Shown here: in pieces, positions 20,084 to 30,350 of the stretch | How positions within the stretch are numbered: the stretch's first letter is position 1 | Layout of the letters: each line of letters opens with the position of its first letter | Assembly (NCBI GenBank): GCA_963843555.1 | Contig: CAWJKV010000010.1 | Span: 1 to 64,000 of the forward strand | Reading direction: 5' to 3' | Source: an uncultured Methanosarcinales archaeon | Lineage (GTDB): Archaea > Halobacteriota > Methanosarcinia > Methanotrichales > Methanotrichaceae | Length of the DNA: 64,000 bases | Made by a program: the position numbers and the translations under genes | The notes under the pieces: model-generated | What the model saw: the letters and a program-made list of their open reading frames with translations, nothing else | The model's database searches: none | What the model was told of the DNA's origin: nothing

Positions 20084-21958
20084 ATGCGTATGAGACTAAT
20101 TCTAAGCATTATCTTCTGTATGCTAGTGATTTCAGTAGTATTTGCGTGCTGAATACCAATTTGATGCCGGCCCTTATACGGTGAAGCTTTAACAGCTCCC
20201 AGGAGTTGGTCGGAGTTTACCCCCACTCCCACATGAGGAAAGCGGTTCACATGCGGACGGTTGGGATATAAGCATACAAGACAACATGTCCCATTCTATT
20301 GCTTTTTTAGGTATTGTAGAAGAAGACCAAATCGTGCCGTTATCCAATGACGTGATGGCTAATTTATTGGACAACAATATGGCAGGTTTGTCTGGGCTGA
20401 AGTCCAAAAAGACTATCAAACTGAATGGGGTTGACGGCCTCATGACAGAAGGTTACAACCCTCAACTTGGAATGGACTATAAGTTGGCTATCGCCCCATT
20501 CGATCCATTCTATGATTCCTTCTTTAAACGAATAGCGACGAAGTGTTTCATCATACTTGGTGGCTATGACCTGCCTGTGTATGATGAGATCATCGATTCA
20601 TTGAATATAACAACCAATCAATGGCCCAACACTGCCGTATCCGGGAGGACCTCAATGCCGAGACCTTGAACAACAAAGGCGTTGTTCTCTATGACCAGGG
20701 CAAGTACGATGAAGCTGTCAAAGCTTTCGATAAGGCCATCGAGATAAATCCACAATATGAAGCTGCTTGGATTGGCAAAGGCATGACTCTCGGTAGCCAG
20801 GGCAAGTACGATGAAGCTGTCAAAGCTTTCGATAAGGCCATCGAGATAAATCCACAACATGCAGATGCCTGGGCCGGCAAAGGCTTTGCTCTCCAACTGC
20901 TGGGTCAAACTGACAAGGCAGATGCGGCCTTCGCCAAAGTCAAAGAGCTTGGATTTAGTGACGCAGGGGGTTCTTGGCTCCTGCTCAAGCCATTGGGAGC
21001 AATAGTACAAGTAAACGCTACTCCTGAGAAGATTCTAGAGGTACAGTTCAACGCCTCCTCTGTGGAGAAGCACGATGATAGCTATATTCTAACTGTGCCC
21101 GGCAGACTGAAAGCTACCCTTCCCGATGACCTGGGATACTCGGGAGCGAATGCAGTGAAAATGGACAACGTCACTAAAGTGACCATAATTGCGACGCCAG
21201 AGACGGTTATCACCAACTACCTCAAGAAAAATCTGGATGCAGACGTCAAGATCGTAGGAGTTGCGCCGGTTCTGTACGAGATCAGGACCAATGTCACAAG
21301 GGAATCGCTTGATGCGCTACTCGCCCCGGTAGGCGGAAAAGTACCGACCGGCGAAGATACCTTTGTTGCGGGTGTGACAGTAGAGACGATGGACGAGGCC
21401 AAGACGGTGCTCGACTCCAAGCTCAACCGGCTGGGCTTGCAGGACATAAGGGTCGAGAGTCGTCGATAATAAGTTTATCTTCATCGATATGGCGGAAATG
21501 GATGTGGCCAATGCTCAGGATGTAGTGGGCAAGCCCGGCAAGTTTGAGATACGAATCCAGACCGAGACAACCAGACCACACATGTGCTTTACGGCGATGA
21601 GGTGGCGTCTGTGGAGATACCCACCGAAGATCGCAGCGGCTCATGGGGCGTACCCTTCGCTCTCTCTGAAGAAGGAGCGATAGTCTTCCAGAAGGCGGCG
21701 ATCGATGCAGGCGCCATCAAGAATCCCGACGCTCACCCCATATCCATGTATCTGGATAAGGATGAGATCTTCAGCGCACCTCTGGCCGCGGAGCTGGCAG
21801 GCAGCCTGGCTAAGGTTCCCGTGCGAAGCCTGGAGGCGCGCGTGGGAACGGGAGATACAGCCTCCCAGAACGCCAAAGAACTTTACATTCATCTTAGAGA
21901 AGGAGCCGTTCCAGTTAACTTCAAAGTAATTTGGGGTGGTACGCGCTGGATTGCATAG
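20084..21958 (+). pseudogene. Multiply frameshifted secreted protein: signal peptide, unknown domain, 3 TPRs, SecD extracytoplasmic (P1)-like domain
   Basis: Consecutive ORFs 20286-20669, 20621-21469, 21489-21683 and 21584-21958. SecD-like motifs GGSWL.LK, KLNRLGLQDIRV, VGKPGKFEIRIQT and LYIHLREGAVPV; no TM segments. Confidence 0.7.
20695..20857 (+). repeat. Identical 61-bp segments at 102-bp (one TPR) spacing
   Basis: 20695-20755 equals 20797-20857. Confidence 0.85.
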
Positions 21959-22192
21959 CACATTTTGCTTTAGAGGTTATATAAATATACAATTTTTAAT
22001 TTTAATCTATTTGCAGCCGATATATTGTATTATTATTCGGAGATATAATCTCTGTACGCCAATCCTAAAATTTAGCTCGTAGGATCGGATGTTGCGCACT
22101 GGATTGTAGCCTTATAATAATGTTTTGCGCTTTAATGGATCTCGAAAAAAGAGGGATGGATTACAGGTTATACATACGGCAAAGATCTGGGA

Positions 22193-23363
22193 TCAGCCTG
22201 TATATCCCAGCTCTTTTGCCTTGGCGAAGGCGGCATTGGCTTCTGTTGTCTTGCCTAATGCTTCAAGAGCTAGCCTTTGTTGGTCCAGGCTGCTGCAAGG
22301 TTGGGATCTATCCTGATAGCTTCGTCAAAAGCCTTGATGGCCTCATCGTACTTGCCCTGCTCATAGAGAGCATGCCTTTGTTGTTCCAGGCTCGGGCATA
22401 TTGTGGATCTAGCCTGATGGCCTCGTCAAAGCTTTGATGGCCTCATCGTACTTGCCTAGGTCATCGAGAGCATGGCCTTTGTTGTACCAGGCTATGGCAT
22501 CGTTGGGGTCTAGCCTGATTGCCTCATCATATGCCTGGATGGCTTCATCGTACTTGTCCTGGCTATAGAGGGCATTGCCTTTGTCGGACCAGCAGCTTCA
22601 GCAAGGTTAGGATCCAGCCGATGTACCCCGTGCTTGTTGTATTGCCCAGACATAGAGGACTATTTGGATCTAGTCTGATGGACTCATTGGATAAGCCTCG
22701 ATGGCCTTGTCGAAAGCTTGAACGGCTTCGTCGTACTTACCCAGTTTATCGAGAGATTAGCCTTTGTTGTGCCAGGCTTCGACATTTTTGGGATCTAACC
22801 TGATGACTTCATCACAATGTCTGTATCGCTGCATCATATTCCCCTGCATCGTAATGGGATTTGCCCAGATATATCATGACCGAGTTACTACCAATATAAC
22901 TTTGATCTATGGTACTTGCTCTATTGTATGCTTGGATGGCATCATCATACTTTCCCTGATGATCGAGAGCAAGGCCTTTATTCCTCCAGGCATTGGAATT
23001 GTCTGGATCCAATCGAATAGCTTCATCATAGGCTTTGACGGCCTCGTTGTACTTGCCCTGGTTAGCGAGAGCGATCCTTTGATGACCCAGTACCTTGGTT
23101 CAGTTGAGTTCAGCTTTATAGCTTCATCATAGGCCTCGATGGCCTCATCGAACTTGCCTTGAACAAAGAGAGCATTGCCTTTGTTGCACCAGGCATCGGC
23201 ATCTTTGGGATCTAGCCTGATGGCTTCGTCATAAGCTTTGATGGCCTCGTCGTATTTGCCCTGACGATAGAGAGCATTGCCTTTGTTTTTCTGCGGTCTG
23301 CTGACATTGTGCAGACGTCATCAACACAAGCAGAAGAATGAAAACGACGTAGATCAATCTCAT
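22193..23363 (-). pseudogene. Secreted TPR-repeat protein, multiply frameshifted
   Basis: MRLIYVVFILLLVLMTSAQCQQTAE start; repeated NKG.AL..QGKYDEAI.A.D.AI.LDP units; ends AAFAKAKELGYTG*. Confidence 0.8.
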
Positions 23364-23408
23364 AAGATCTAATAAGTGTTAAGCAAAGATATGTTTTTGG
23401 CCTCTATC

Positions 23409-23449
23409 ATCCTACTTCAAATTTCTGATTATTAACATACTCAGAAATT
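23409..23449. repeat. Palindromic site 2: ATCCTACTTCA + AATTTCTGATT-N8-ACTCAGAAATT
   Basis: Same arms (one mismatch) and same 5' extension as site 1, with a different spacer. Confidence 0.8.
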
Positions 23450-23733
23450 AGCCGTATGCTGTTCCAATTGCCATAATCCACGAGGCCATCTCTCAGAGCG
23501 CACCAGGCTTGGTTATCTTTTGGTCCTAAGCAATCTCGATCCGGGACTGGAGAAGGAGCTGATATTCACTTACCACTTCCCTCCACCACGATCCCTCCTC
23601 CACCTCTTCCTCCGCCCACGCCCGCCGCCAAAGCTCTGAACCAGAGCTACCAAATCCGTTGTGATGACAGCCGTGGCTTTCTCTCGAGCCCGTGCCCCTG
23701 CCATCTGACGGGCCTTTTCCACTGCTTTCATAT

Positions 23734-24047
23734 GATGCTGGTAATTTGAAAACGGACAATTGTCGATAAATCGTTTCATAGTGCTGGAATGGATAAGATT
23801 GAGATTTAATGAAAATAATGCCAGAGTAAACTTAAGAGACATTACCTTAATTGCAGAATTAATGTTCCAGAGCACTAGAAGATATAACATTCTCGACTAG
23901 TATATGAGGGAACCACAATTTTAGAACATATGCTTTCAAAACCTCGAAAGGTTTGATGTTGCGCTCTGGATTTCCACAACAAATTTTTGGTTTAGAAGAC
24001 GATGCCTGGTAATTCGACAGACAATGTCGATAAATCATTTCACAGTG
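23734..24047. repeat. Diverged ~50-bp direct repeat (23734-23783, 24001-24047)
   Basis: Shared GATGC.TGGTAATT.GA...GACAAT.GTCGATAAATC.TTTCA.AGTG. Confidence 0.7.
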
Positions 24048-24166
24048 TACCAGAATCGATTGCTACCCAGAAGAAAATTAGGTTTTGCTAATTGAATGTC
24101 AAAAAGAGGGATGGCTTCTTGCAGATTACACACACATTCTTCAACTATAGTGAGGCGAGAGATGAC

Positions 24167-24295
24167 GATGCCGCTAGAAATCCTGATGAGCCGGATGCCG
24201 GGAAGCTGCAAAACCCGGCAGGCGCTTTCATCGCATAACCCGGACATTGACCCGGGGCCGTGGCATCCTCGCCGTCCTTGCCCCGCTGGCCAAGG
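24167..24295 (+). ncRNA. Candidate structured RNA: three-way junction plus hairpin
   Basis: 24167-24174/24260-24267, 24185-24190/24227-24232, 24196-24202/24214-24220, 24239-24243/24252-24256, 24276-24280/24290-24294. Confidence 0.45.
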
Positions 24296-24391
24296 CGTGT
24301 CAGTCGCGAATCGTTGATTATGGATCATGAATTCCCACCACGAAATCGAATGGATGGGTGAGGTATCCTTTCCGAAATTTCGGACATCTCA

Positions 24392-24491
24392 GGAACCGTC
24401 CCCCGAAGAGAGGCCGGGGCAGCCCGCGCGGCGACTCCGTGCGCCCCCGCCCGACGATCGGAAGAGCGCGGTGTCGCGGAAGAAGAGACTC
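24392..24491 (+). repeat. Structured motif copy 1
   Basis: GGAACCGTCCCCCGAAGAGAGGCCGGGGCAGCC...CGGTGTCGCGGAAGAAGAGACTC; aligns with copies 2 and 3. Confidence 0.85.
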
Positions 24492-24623
24492 CGAATGATC
24501 CCAATGTAGTGTAGCTTATCTCACTCACAAACTCTTTTCCTTCACCCTTAGTACTTTGAATGCTCTCTTTGGCAAAGCTTTATATTTTCAAAAACTTAGA
24601 CATTAATAAGGCAAGTGGTTAGA

Positions 24624-24996
24624 ATGGAAGCTACTCTTTACGAAAGGCTTGGTGGCTATAACGGCATTTCAGCGGTTGTCGATAGTCTTTTTGAACGATT
24701 GACAAGCGACCCGCGATTTACCAAGTATTTTGGCGGACGTGGTGAGGACTCAAGGAAGCGGCTACGTCAATTACAGAAGCTTATGGTTTGCCAAGCCACA
24801 GGAGGGCCTTGCTTCTACCTGGGCCGCGATATGAAGACCGTACACACAGGGATGGGAATCGACGAGGCAGATTGGCAAGCGATGGTTGCCCATGTGAAAG
24901 AGGTGACTTAACTCCTTCAAAGTGCCGGATTTGGACCAGAAAGCGGTACTTGAAATGCTCAATGGCAACAAGAATGACATCGTTGAGAAAACTTAG
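24624..24996 (+). CDS. Group 1 truncated hemoglobin (GlbN-like); frameshift near 24905
   Basis: TLYERLGG, ATGGPCFYLGRDMKTVHTGMGI with proximal His; tail LNSFKVP...DIVEKT* in another frame. Confidence 0.88.
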
Positions 24997-25508
24997 GCTA
25001 TTGTGAGGAAATTGTCTTTGGAGCTGCCCCTTTGCAGCGGAATTTTCTTTTATGCGCTCGATAGAATATTTTCGGAGCGTTCGGCACGGCTAATCAAAGA
25101 AAGGTGAGCGACCTCGCCAGAACGTACCCTGCCTTTGTCGTCTCGCAGAATGCCGTTAGAGGTGTACTGCGGCCAATTTCTAATAGTGAATCCACAGATG
25201 GCCAGGAATTAAATCAGTGGCAGGCCCGGGCCTCTGAAGCGTCCTCACGTGAGGCCAAATATCCCCTCAACCAAAGCCTTTTTTGTCTGGAAATGCGGAA
25301 GCGATAGATGGTGAACTTTGAATTGCCTCTGACGCTTTGAGATTGAGAGAGGAATAGGTTACACGAAGACCGGTTCAAACGGAAATGAAATATGCTGGAA
25401 GAGAGAACTGAAGCCCTAGATCCTGCCAATCAGGGTTCGCTTTCCCTGCGCAAAAGACGACACGAAGGAATATGACCAAAAAAAGAAATTCACGATCATT
25501 CGACTACA

Positions 25509-25843
25509 ATGACGGCATCTAAGCTCCGCCCCTCATGGAGCAGTATTACAGGGAAAAGTAGCAGTATCCGGATGCACTATTGCTATTCCGGGTTGGCGAC
25601 TTTTACGAGACATTTGCTGAGGACGCCGTCACTGTCGCCCGGGATCTGAACATCACTCTCATCTCCCGCCAGAAGGATGACGAGGGCAATAAGATTCCCC
25701 TGGCGGGCGTGCCCTACCATGCTCTGGATGCATACCTGGCCAAGCTCATCCGGGCCGGGCACAAAAGTTGCCATATGCGACCAGGTGGAGGACCCAAGCT
25801 GGGCCAAAGGCCTGGTGAAGAGAGAGATCACCCGCTTGGTCAC
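25509..25843 (+). pseudogene. mutS: Duplicated mutS 5' fragment (mismatch-binding domain I)
   Basis: Near-identical to 27722-28056; in-frame TAG at 25559 and indels; ends at REITRLVT. Confidence 0.9.
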
Positions 25844-25985
25844 ACTATTAAGATCTCTAACCGTAACATTATATGAGAAATATGATGATCGGATACCGAA
25901 AGCGTGTAATTATAATTGCTCGTCGCCAAATCTAACGGATATCCCCGCGCGGCTCATGCAAGAATCTCATCCCCTGCACATGAAG

Positions 25986-26165
25986 CTATGGTTGGCTGCA
26001 CCATCGGCCTTTTCTATCAATCATTGCGAAGGCATTTTCTGTTAAGACTATCCGTTGCGCTTTGTGCCTGCCACTCTTGACTATAACCACAGGATCGCTT
26101 ACCTTTCTTGCCTCTGCTATGATCCTGTGACCGTGGATCGAGTCGCCGATCTCATAGCCCTTCAT
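25986..26165 (-). CDS. Small ORF (59 aa) coupled to the RHH gene; possible decayed partner
   Basis: ATG overlaps the RHH stop (ATGA); [27 protein letters not shown]... Confidence 0.35.
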   Translation of the reverse strand: MKGYEIGDSIHGHRIIAEARKVSDPVVIVKSGRHKAQRIVLTENAFAMIDRKGRWCSQP

Positions 26166-26512
26166 TCAATGGTCTCCATCTTGCCTTCTTTCTCCAGGTC
26201 ATCCATGATCTTGCATACCAGCTCGTAATCTAGCTGTAGGTCGGTGCTGGCATCTGAGGCGTACGCAACACCCTTCATCTGGAAATACCCAGCCACTTCT
26301 TTCTTGGCGGTCTCATAGTCTACATCACGGTATTCCATGACTTTTATTGCCGCCAGCTTTTCCCTGACAGCATCACGGATGAAGTCAGAGGGATTGAGGT
26401 AGAGACCAGCCTCTACAAGCTTATTGATCTGGCCAATCTCATTTCGGGTAAGCTTGGCACCAACTACTTTGCCCACACTGCCAACAATGCCTACATCTGC
26501 GCCCATATCCAT
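26162..26512 (-). CDS. Ribbon-helix-helix (CopG/ParD-like) regulator with C-terminal wHTH-like region
   Basis: LVEAGLYLNPSDFIRDAVREKL. Confidence 0.8.
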   Translation of the reverse strand: MDMGADVGIVGSVGKVVGAKLTRNEIGQINKLVEAGLYLNPSDFIRDAVREKLAAIKVMEYRDVDYETAKKEVAGYFQMKGVAYASDASTDLQLDYELVCKIMDDLEKEGKMETIE

Positions 26513-26635
26513 TTTATTAGTTAAAACTAATTTATAGGCTTGTCGGTTTTACATGTTTTCACGCACCATTTTTATACAACCATCTAGGCGGAATCAGAGG
26601 CCCAGGTATTTTATAATTATGCTTTTAAAATTTCA

Positions 26636-26743
26636 GGGACCGTTCCCCGAAGAGGGGCCGGGCAGCCTGCACGGCGAGTGAGTGCACCCCCGTCCGTTCC
26701 GCGCGATGACCGGCAGCGTGCGGTGTCACGGAAGAAGAGACTC
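26636..26743 (+). repeat. Structured motif copy 2
   Basis: Aligns with copies 1 and 3; TATA-like TTTTATAA about 26 nt upstream. Confidence 0.85.
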
Positions 26744-26819
26744 TAATGGCCTCAAATGGAATATGACATTCTATGCCCATGGCATCAGGGACTATCCCTC
26801 ACGCCATTAATTTCTTAAT

Positions 26820-27122
26820 TCATTTTTTTTTGGATCGACCGTATTGCTTATGTGCCTGTTCGATGGTGCCAAGCCATAAGATTTTCACGGTCTTTTCATC
26901 GAGAAAGATGTGATAAAAAGCAGTATAAGATCGGGCAATATGGAGTCTATAAAGTTCTTTGTGTTTTGGAGAATTAAGCAGCTCTTTGTCACCGCCTTTG
27001 CCCGGGAACGGATCATCCTCAAGGACCCGGAGCTTAGCCTTGACTATGTCGTGACTCTTCTTTGGCAGATTATCGAGGAACTCCTGCGCATCTTCATCGA
27101 TAAGGACACCGAAGTTTACCAT
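26820..27122 (-). CDS. RelE/ParE family toxin
   Basis: AQEFLDNL, LEDDPFPG, LYRLHIARSYTAFYHI, TIEQAHKQY. Confidence 0.85.
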   Translation of the reverse strand: MVNFGVLIDEDAQEFLDNLPKKSHDIVKAKLRVLEDDPFPGKGGDKELLNSPKHKELYRLHIARSYTAFYHIFLDEKTVKILWLGTIEQAHKQYGRSKKK

Positions 27123-27301
27123 TTCATTGCCACAAACCGGCCTCTCTTCTCGATGCGATCCATATCCTCAAATAGCCGGTTCTTTTTTTCTCTTTCTATC
27201 ATCCCCTCTAAGAGGTGATCGTAAGTTTCTCCTGGTTTCTTGAGCCCTGCCAGCTCACTCCAAACAACTTTCGATACGGGAATTCGGCTAGTCGCGGGCA
27301 T
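27116..27301 (-). CDS. Putative antitoxin
   Basis: MPATSRIPVSKVVWSELAGLKKPGETYDHLLEGMIE; upstream of and overlapping the toxin. Confidence 0.75.
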   Translation of the reverse strand: MPATSRIPVSKVVWSELAGLKKPGETYDHLLEGMIEREKKNRLFEDMDRIEKRGRFVAMKW

Positions 27302-27440
27302 CCTCGCGGCTGCCTGATCACTTTCAGGCGCAAGTACGCTCCTGGCTTCAATTCCGCCCGTTTTCTTGTGCATGGCAACGCTGTAAGGACTGTAAACTAG
27401 ATATATCTTGCGATCTCTTCATTAAGCCAAAATATATTTA

Positions 27441-27536
27441 GGAACCGTCCCCCGAAGAGGGGCCGGGGCAGCCGCACGGCGAGTGTAGTGCTCCCCCACC
27501 CGTCCCGCGCGATGATCGGCAGCGTGCGGTGCATGG
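27441..27536 (+). repeat. Structured motif copy 3
   Basis: Aligns with copies 1 and 2 up to CGTGCGGTG; lacks the GAAGAAGAGACTC tail. Confidence 0.85.
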
Positions 27537-27721
27537 CTGAATATCCCCTCACACTCAACCAAAGCCTTTTTGGTTGGCGATGCAGAACGGTAATGCTGAA
27601 CGATGAATTGACTCTCACGGCCCGGGATCGATAAGGAACGAATAGGTATACGAAAGCCATTTCAACGCTAAATGGAATCGATTGAAGATGAGCAAAAGAA
27701 TCTTCGTAACGATGGAACATA

Positions 27722-30350
27722 ATGACGGCATCTAAGCTCTCGCCCCTCATGGAGCAGTACTACAGGGAGAAGAAGCAGTATCCTGATGCACTATTGCTAT
27801 TCCGGGTTGGCGACTTTTACGAGACATTTGCTGAGGACGCCGTCACCGTGGCCCGGGATCTGAACATCACTCTCACCTCCCGCCAGAAGGATGACGAGGG
27901 CAATAAGATTCCCCTGGCGGGCGTGCCCTACCATGCTCTGGATGCATACCTGGCCAAGCTCATCCGGGCCGGGCACAAGGTGGCCATCTGCGACCAGGTG
28001 GAGGACCCCAAGCTGGCCAAAGGCCTGGTGAAGAGAGAGATCACCCGCGTGGTGACGCCGGGGACAATAATCGAGCCCTCCATGCTGGATGAGGCCTGCA
28101 ACAATTTTCTTGCCGCCGTGGTGGAAGAGCGGGATAGAGTAGGGCTCGCTTTTGTGGACGTCTCCACCGGCGAGTTCCTGACTACAGAGATCCCGGCGGA
28201 GCGACTTCATTCTGAGCTGGCCAAGTTCCGGCCTGCAGAGTGCCTGGCCGCTAAACCTTTCCAGTGGGAGGGCACCAGCCTGCAGATCTTAGAGCAGGCC
28301 TGCTTTTCGCCTGAAAATGCCGCGGCTGCCCTGGAAAGCCGTTTTGGCCCCGATTGGTCCCAGAGGTTCCGGCTGGAGACGAAACCCCTCGCTCAGAGGG
28401 CCTGCGGAGCCATTCTCTCCTATCTGCACAGCTCCCATTTCGATGCATTGGGGCACTTGAACGATATCCGGTTTTACTCGGGTTCCGAGTACATGGTTCT
28501 GGATGAGGTCACCCTTCGCAATCTGGAGATTTTGAGGAATATCCGGGACCGCTCCCGGAGAGGCACTCTGCTGGAGTTTCTGGCCCAGACCAGGACCCCC
28601 ATGGGCGCTCGCACCCTGGCTCGCTGGATACAGATGCCTCTGCTGAGCCAGGAGAGGATCAATAGAAGGCTGGATGCCGTAGAAGAGATCTGCCAGGACC
28701 CGAGGTTACGCACAAGCATTGCAGAGTGAGCTGAAAGGCGCCTGTGATCTGGAAAGGCTGGTAAGCCGGGTCACCTGCAAGTCTGCCAATCCAAAAGAGC
28801 TGGCTGTGCTGAAGAGCACCCTGGAAAAGTTGCCCCGCCTCCAGGAAGCACTGCGAAAAGCGAAAACATCTTATCTGCAAGACCTTTTCGGCGAGCTTTG
28901 TCCTCTGGAGGAAACCGTCTCCCTCATAGAAAGATCGATAATTGAAGATCCGCCCGCCCACCTGCGAGACGGCGGCGTTATCAAAGACGGCTTTGACCCG
29001 GAGATAGATGAGCTCCGGGAGCTCTTGCGAGATGGTAAGGGCTGGATCTCTCGTCTGGAAGGGTCCGAGAAAGAGCGAACCGGCATCAAATCTCTCAAGA
29101 TCTCCTATAATAATGTCTTTGGCTATTTCATGGAAATCTCGCGGGCGAATTTGCATCTGGTTCCTGAGGACTACATCCGCAAGCAGACTCTCGCCAATGT
29201 GGAACGCTTCATCACCCCGGAGCTGAAGGAGATGGAATCCAGAGTCCTATCCGCTCAGGAGAGGTCGACCACCCTGGAGCAGGAGATATTCAATCAAGTG
29301 CGGGATAAGATCGCCGCCCGGGCGCGGGCTGTGCAGGAGAGAGCTTCTGCTATGGCGGAACTGGATGTGCTGCTCGCCCTGGCCATGGCTGCCATAGAAA
29401 ATTCCCTGGTCAAGCCCGAATTCAATCTGGATGGGAGGCTGACCCTACGCGGCAATAAGCACCCAGTACTGGACAAAGCCATGCGAGGGGGCTTTGTGCC
29501 CAATGATGTTCTCCTGGACAATGATCATAACCGACTCATCATCCTCACCGGCCCTAATATGGCCGGGAAGTCTACCTTCATGCGCCAAATAGCTCTTACG
29601 TCCGTCATGGCCCAGGCAGGGTCCTTTGTGCCAGCCACCTTTGCCTCGCTCTCTCTCGTGGACCGCATCTTCACAAGGGTTGGGGCATACGACGACCTAT
29701 CCGCAGGCCAGAGCACCTTCATGGTCGAGATGACGGAGCTGGCCACCATCCTGGCTGCTGCCACCAAAGACAGCCTGGTGCTTCTGGATGAGGTTGGCCG
29801 GGGAACGAGCACCTTCGACGGTCTGTCCCTCGCCTGGGCCATCTCGGAATACCTGCATAGCCATATCAAATGCCGGTCGGTCTTTGCCACGCATTACCAC
29901 CAGCTCACTCAGCTGGAGGGCCTCCTGCCAGGAGTTCGGAACTACAGCATCGCCGTAAAAGAGGAGAAAGGCGCAATTACCTTCCTGCGTACTGTAGTTC
30001 CGGGGGCCACGGACAAGAGCTACGGCGTGCACGTCGCCCGCCTGGCCGGGGTGCCCGAGGCCGTGACCAGGAGGGCGGATGAGATCCTCAAAGAGATCGA
30101 GAAAGAGGCGGTTATAGAGCCCCTCTCCAAGAATAAAAGCCAGAAGAGGTCCTCAAGATACACCCAGCTCATATTCTTTGAGAGCCGGGGTGAGGGTGAA
30201 AAAATCCTGGCCGCACCAGGATTGGACCCCATCCTGGAAGAGATCATGGCTCTGGACCTGGATTCCCTGACGCCCCGCGAAGCCCTGAACCGACTAGCCG
30301 AATACCAGAAGAGGCATCGGGAGAGAAATGGCCAAGATCAGACTTCTTGA
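27722..30350 (+). CDS. mutS: DNA mismatch repair protein MutS; frameshift near 28725
   Basis: GDFYETF, TGPNMAGKST, STFMVEM, DEVGRGTST, SYGVHVA; split over ORFs 27722-28729 and 28719-30350. Confidence 0.95.

Noticed and set aside
22062..22085. ATCCTA-N12-TAGGAT as a third palindromic site
   Set aside because: Arms are only 6 bp and lack the TTTCTGA core.
20621..23363. Diversity-generating retroelement acting on the TPR repeats
   Set aside because: No reverse transcriptase in the window, and repeat differences are not adenine-specific; ordinary TPR duplication explains them.
23526..23890. Small ORFs 23526-23759 and 23570-23890
   Set aside because: Look like a frameshifted Gly-rich C-terminal remnant (FGGG...GGGKW); no coherent gene can be supported.
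24183..24230. Hammerhead ribozyme (CUGAUGA followed by a stem)
   Set aside because: The required GAAA after stem II is absent (GCUU instead), and the upstream GAAA leaves no room for stems I and III.
24392..27536. Three-copy motif as a cobalamin or SAM riboswitch, 5S rRNA fragment or CRISPR repeat
   Set aside because: Only short words match (CCCCCG, GGCAGCC, CGGAAG). The conserved cores are missing, and unit length and irregular kb spacing do not fit CRISPR.
28715..28730. Programmed frameshift in mutS
   Set aside because: No slippery heptamer or homopolymer at the break; a sequencing error or simple indel is more parsimonious.
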